From positions 269 through 64,268 of the forward strand of contig DASTFF010000020.1 of assembly GCA_035708865.1 (NCBI GenBank): DNA of 64,000 nucleotides, written 5' to 3'. Shown piece by piece: positions 61,754 to 64,000 of this stretch (position 1 is the first letter of the stretch; the number at the start of each line of letters is the position of its first letter). The translations under genes were made by a program, and so were the position numbers. A model generated the notes under the pieces. The model searched no databases, had not been told where the DNA came from, and worked only from the letters and a program-made list of their open reading frames with translations. Source of the stretch: Gemmatimonadota bacterium (GTDB lineage Bacteria; Gemmatimonadota; Gemmatimonadetes; JACCXV01; JAHWKZ01).

Positions 61754-63673
61754 TCAGAACACCGCCGTGATCCCCGCATGGACCGCCCTTCCGACAGTCC
61801 CGAAGAGATGGATCTCCTCGTACCGCTCGTCGGTCAAGTTCTCGACCCGGCCGAAGACACGGAGTTGCCCGGTCCAGCCCCACGACGCCGCGATCCGCAC
61901 AGTCATGTAGTCGTCCAGCGTGACGCGCGCGGCCGGGAACGTCGAGAAGTCGAGATCCTCCCGCTCGCCGACCCAATGCAGGCCCAGGCTCGCGTCCGTG
62001 CGGCCGCGGGCCAGGTCGATCCGCAGGTCGGCGGCGTGGCGGGGCCGGCGGACGAGGCGCGTGCCGGCCTCGGGGCCGGCGGTCTCCTCCGCCTCCATGA
62101 ACGTGTAGGCGCCGCGGAGAGCGACGCTCGTGGCCGGGCGTACGACCGCCGTCAGCTCGAGGCCGCGGGTCTCGGCCTCGCGCACGTTCCGGAGGGCATC
62201 GCCGTCGAACACGATCAGGTCGTCGAAACGAGTGTCGAACCAGGTTGCGGCGGACTGCAGCGGCCCGTCGGGCCGCCCCGTTTCGAGGCCCGCCTCCCAG
62301 CCCCGGCTGCGCTCGTCGACCAGCTCCGGGTTGCCGAAGCCGGGATCCAGAAGCTGCGACAGGCCGGGCGCCCGGAACCCCGACGCGACCGCTCCCCTGA
62401 GCCGCAGGCCGGGCGCCACGCGGAGAACCGGCGCCACCCGGTAGGTCACGGCTCCGCCGAAGCGGCTGTGGTCGTCGGCCCGGATGCCGACGGCGAGGTG
62501 GGCTGCGTCACCGAGCGCGATCAGGTCCTCGGCGAACACGCCGGTCGTCCGCGCCGAGGTCTCAGGCATCGCGGTCTCGAACGGGCCGAACTCCCCGTCG
62601 GAGACGAACGAGGTCTCGGCGGTCTCGACCTCGTGGTCGATCCCCGCGACCACCCGATGGGAACCCCACCGGACGTCGTTCCGCCACGCCAGCTTCCAGC
62701 GCCGCCCGTCGAACTCGCCGCGCGAGCTGGTGAGCTCGCGCGCCGGGTCGGGATGGTCGCGCGTCTCACGAGCGTGGCGCGTCAGGGCCAGGCCGAGGCT
62801 CTGCTCCCAGCGCCCGCCGAGGGACCGGAAGCCGGCCTCGACGTGACCGGCGACCTCGCTCGCGTCGGAGACGAAGTTGGGGTCGTCCGACGCGGGCCCA
62901 CCGCCCTGGTCGATCTCAGCCTCCCCGCTTCGGCCACGCACGGTTCCGCGCATGGACCACGGCCCCGTCGGACGCCACTCGAACACCGCCGAGCCGCCGG
63001 TTGATTCCCCGGCGTCCCGCTCGACCCCGCCGGCGGCCGACGAAACCCCGTCGGTCTGACGCCGCGCCGCCTGGATTGCCCAGCCGAGCGCGCCCTGCCC
63101 ACCGCCGACGCGCGCCGAGGCGTGGAGGGTGCCGCGCGCCCCCGCCTCGAGCCGACCCGCCGCCTGGGGCGGGCCCGACCCGACCCGGGTCAGGACCTGG
63201 ATCACGCCCCCCATCGCGTGCGAGCCGTGGAGCGTGCTCTGGGGCCCCCGCACGATCTCGATCCGTTCGACGTCGTCGGTCAGGAGCCCCGCCAGATCGT
63301 AGGCCCCGGCGGGCGCGCTGGGATCGTTGAGCTCGATCCCGTCCAGCAGCACGATCGTGTGCTCAGGGCCCGCACCGCGCAGGAAGGCCGAGGTGACGCC
63401 ACCGAACGCGCCCGTCTGGACGATCTCGACGCCCGGCACGTGACGCAGGGCCTCGGCCACCGTCCGGTACTGGGCGCGCTCGATCTCCGCGCGCGTAATG
63501 ACCGTCGTCGTGACGCCGACCTGCGAGGCCGGGGTCTCGACCCGGTCGACGGTGACGACGAGCGGGGGCGCGTGAAAGAGGTCGAGCGTGTCGGTGGCGG
63601 TGGCATCCTGCTGGGCACGGGCGGCGGGCGCCAGGAGGAGAAGGCCGGACGCGAGCGCGGCGAGCTTCTTCAT
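61754..63673 (-). CDS. TonB-dependent receptor (BtuB/haem/siderophore class)
   Basis: Signal peptide MKKLAALASGLLLLAPAARA. Plug reads VVTVDR...ITRAEIERAQYRTVAEALRHVPGVEI...FLRGAGPEHTIVLLDGIELNDP...IEIVRGPQSTLHGSHAMGGVIQV. Terminal aromatic residue F. Confidence 0.85.
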   Translation of the reverse strand: MKKLAALASGLLLLAPAARAQQDATATDTLDLFHAPPLVVTVDRVETPASQVGVTTTVITRAEIERAQYRTVAEALRHVPGVEIVQTGAFGGVTSAFLRGAGPEHTIVLLDGIELNDPSAPAGAYDLAGLLTDDVERIEIVRGPQSTLHGSHAMGGVIQVLTRVGSGPPQAAGRLEAGARGTLHASARVGGGQGALGWAIQAARRQTDGVSSAAGGVERDAGESTGGSAVFEWRPTGPWSMRGTVRGRSGEAEIDQGGGPASDDPNFVSDASEVAGHVEAGFRSLGGRWEQSLGLALTRHARETRDHPDPARELTSSRGEFDGRRWKLAWRNDVRWGSHRVVAGIDHEVETAETSFVSDGEFGPFETAMPETSARTTGVFAEDLIALGDAAHLAVGIRADDHSRFGGAVTYRVAPVLRVAPGLRLRGAVASGFRAPGLSQLLDPGFGNPELVDERSRGWEAGLETGRPDGPLQSAATWFDTRFDDLIVFDGDALRNVREAETRGLELTAVVRPATSVALRGAYTFMEAEETAGPEAGTRLVRRPRHAADLRIDLARGRTDASLGLHWVGEREDLDFSTFPAARVTLDDYMTVRIAASWGWTGQLRVFGRVENLTDERYEEIHLFGTVGRAVHAGITAVF

Positions 63674-64000
63674 GGGACCTTCCTTTCGGGTTCGTCGTTC
63701 GGGCGGAGCGGGACCACCTGCGGCGCGCCCCGGTCGGGCCCGGGGCCGGAATGCGGGAAAACGCGGACGGGCCAGCCGTACGCTGCGCCGATCCGCGGCT
63801 CGGTCACGACGTCCGTGGCCGCTCCCTCCCCGAGGAGACGGCCGCCGGACAGCAGGAGCAGCCGGTCGGCGAAGCGCGCGGCCAGGTTCAGGTTATGGGT
63901 TGTCAGGAGAACCCCGCGGCCGGCCCGGGCCTCCCGCCGGAGGAGCTCCCACATCTCCATCTCGCTGGCCACGTCGAGGCCTGCCGTCGGCTCGTCCAGG
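63670..64000 (-). CDS. ABC transporter ATP-binding protein (FecE/BtuD-like), partial; 5' end lies beyond the window
   Basis: The frame is open to the window edge. Reads LDEPTAGLDVASEMEMWELLRR...VLLTTHNLNLAARFADRLLLLSGGRLLGEG (Walker B, D-loop, H-loop). Confidence 0.8.
   Translation of the reverse strand, partial: LDEPTAGLDVASEMEMWELLRREARAGRGVLLTTHNLNLAARFADRLLLLSGGRLLGEGAATDVVTEPRIGAAYGWPVRVFPHSGPGPDRGAPQVVPLRPNDEPERKVP

Overview
High-G+C bacterial chromosomal segment (by eye about two-thirds G+C or more). The gene content is that of a diderm: MlaEFD, Lgt, a BamE-like lipoprotein and TonB-dependent receptors. Taxon cannot be assigned from sequence alone; Gemmatimonadota-like is only a guess. 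The window is mostly housekeeping genes, packed tightly and almost all on the minus strand. I count about 60 protein genes, five tRNAs (Lys-CTT, His-GTG, Arg-TCT, Pro-TGG, Arg-CCG) and one tmRNA. Recognisable blocks, in order: (1) a tRNA cluster plus a lower-GC islet of three orphan small genes; (2) a Ku-led operon (Ku, HTH-TPR protein, tryptophan 2,3-dioxygenase, REC-GAF-HD-GYP regulator) divergent from a three-domain LigD; (3) rph-rdgB and mlaEFD; (4) lgt, ssrA, and groES-groEL with a CIRCE operator; (5) coaX-birA-nadC-uppP-miaA-mutL-usp; (6) a complete MoxR/DUF58/VWA Bat-type (aerotolerance-like) operon with fused BatB/C and BatD/E; (7) comEC; (8) two large paralogous secreted TPR proteins with a GWxTD-like core, flanking miaB and a LapA-like gene; (9) a rhodanese lipoprotein, metE, an FTR1 permease and mtgA; (10) HU and dedA; (11) a lower-GC accessory segment next to tRNA-Arg(CCG) holding two beta-propeller proteins and an HTH gene fragment; (12) an IHF-like gene, carAB, plsC, two TonB-dependent receptors and a partial ABC ATPase. 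I found no CRISPR array, integrase, transposase or recognisable defence system. The observations most worth follow-up: the comEC frame has no stop codon and stays open through moxR into DUF58; the uncharacterised paralog pair at 36.5-42.6 kb; a consensus promoter driving orphan small genes at 1.9-2.6 kb; the tRNA-Arg-adjacent accessory segment; very frequent 4-nt GTGA/ATGA start-stop overlaps; and an intrinsic terminator that abuts the carA start codon. All functional calls rest on reading the translated ORFs. No database search was run.
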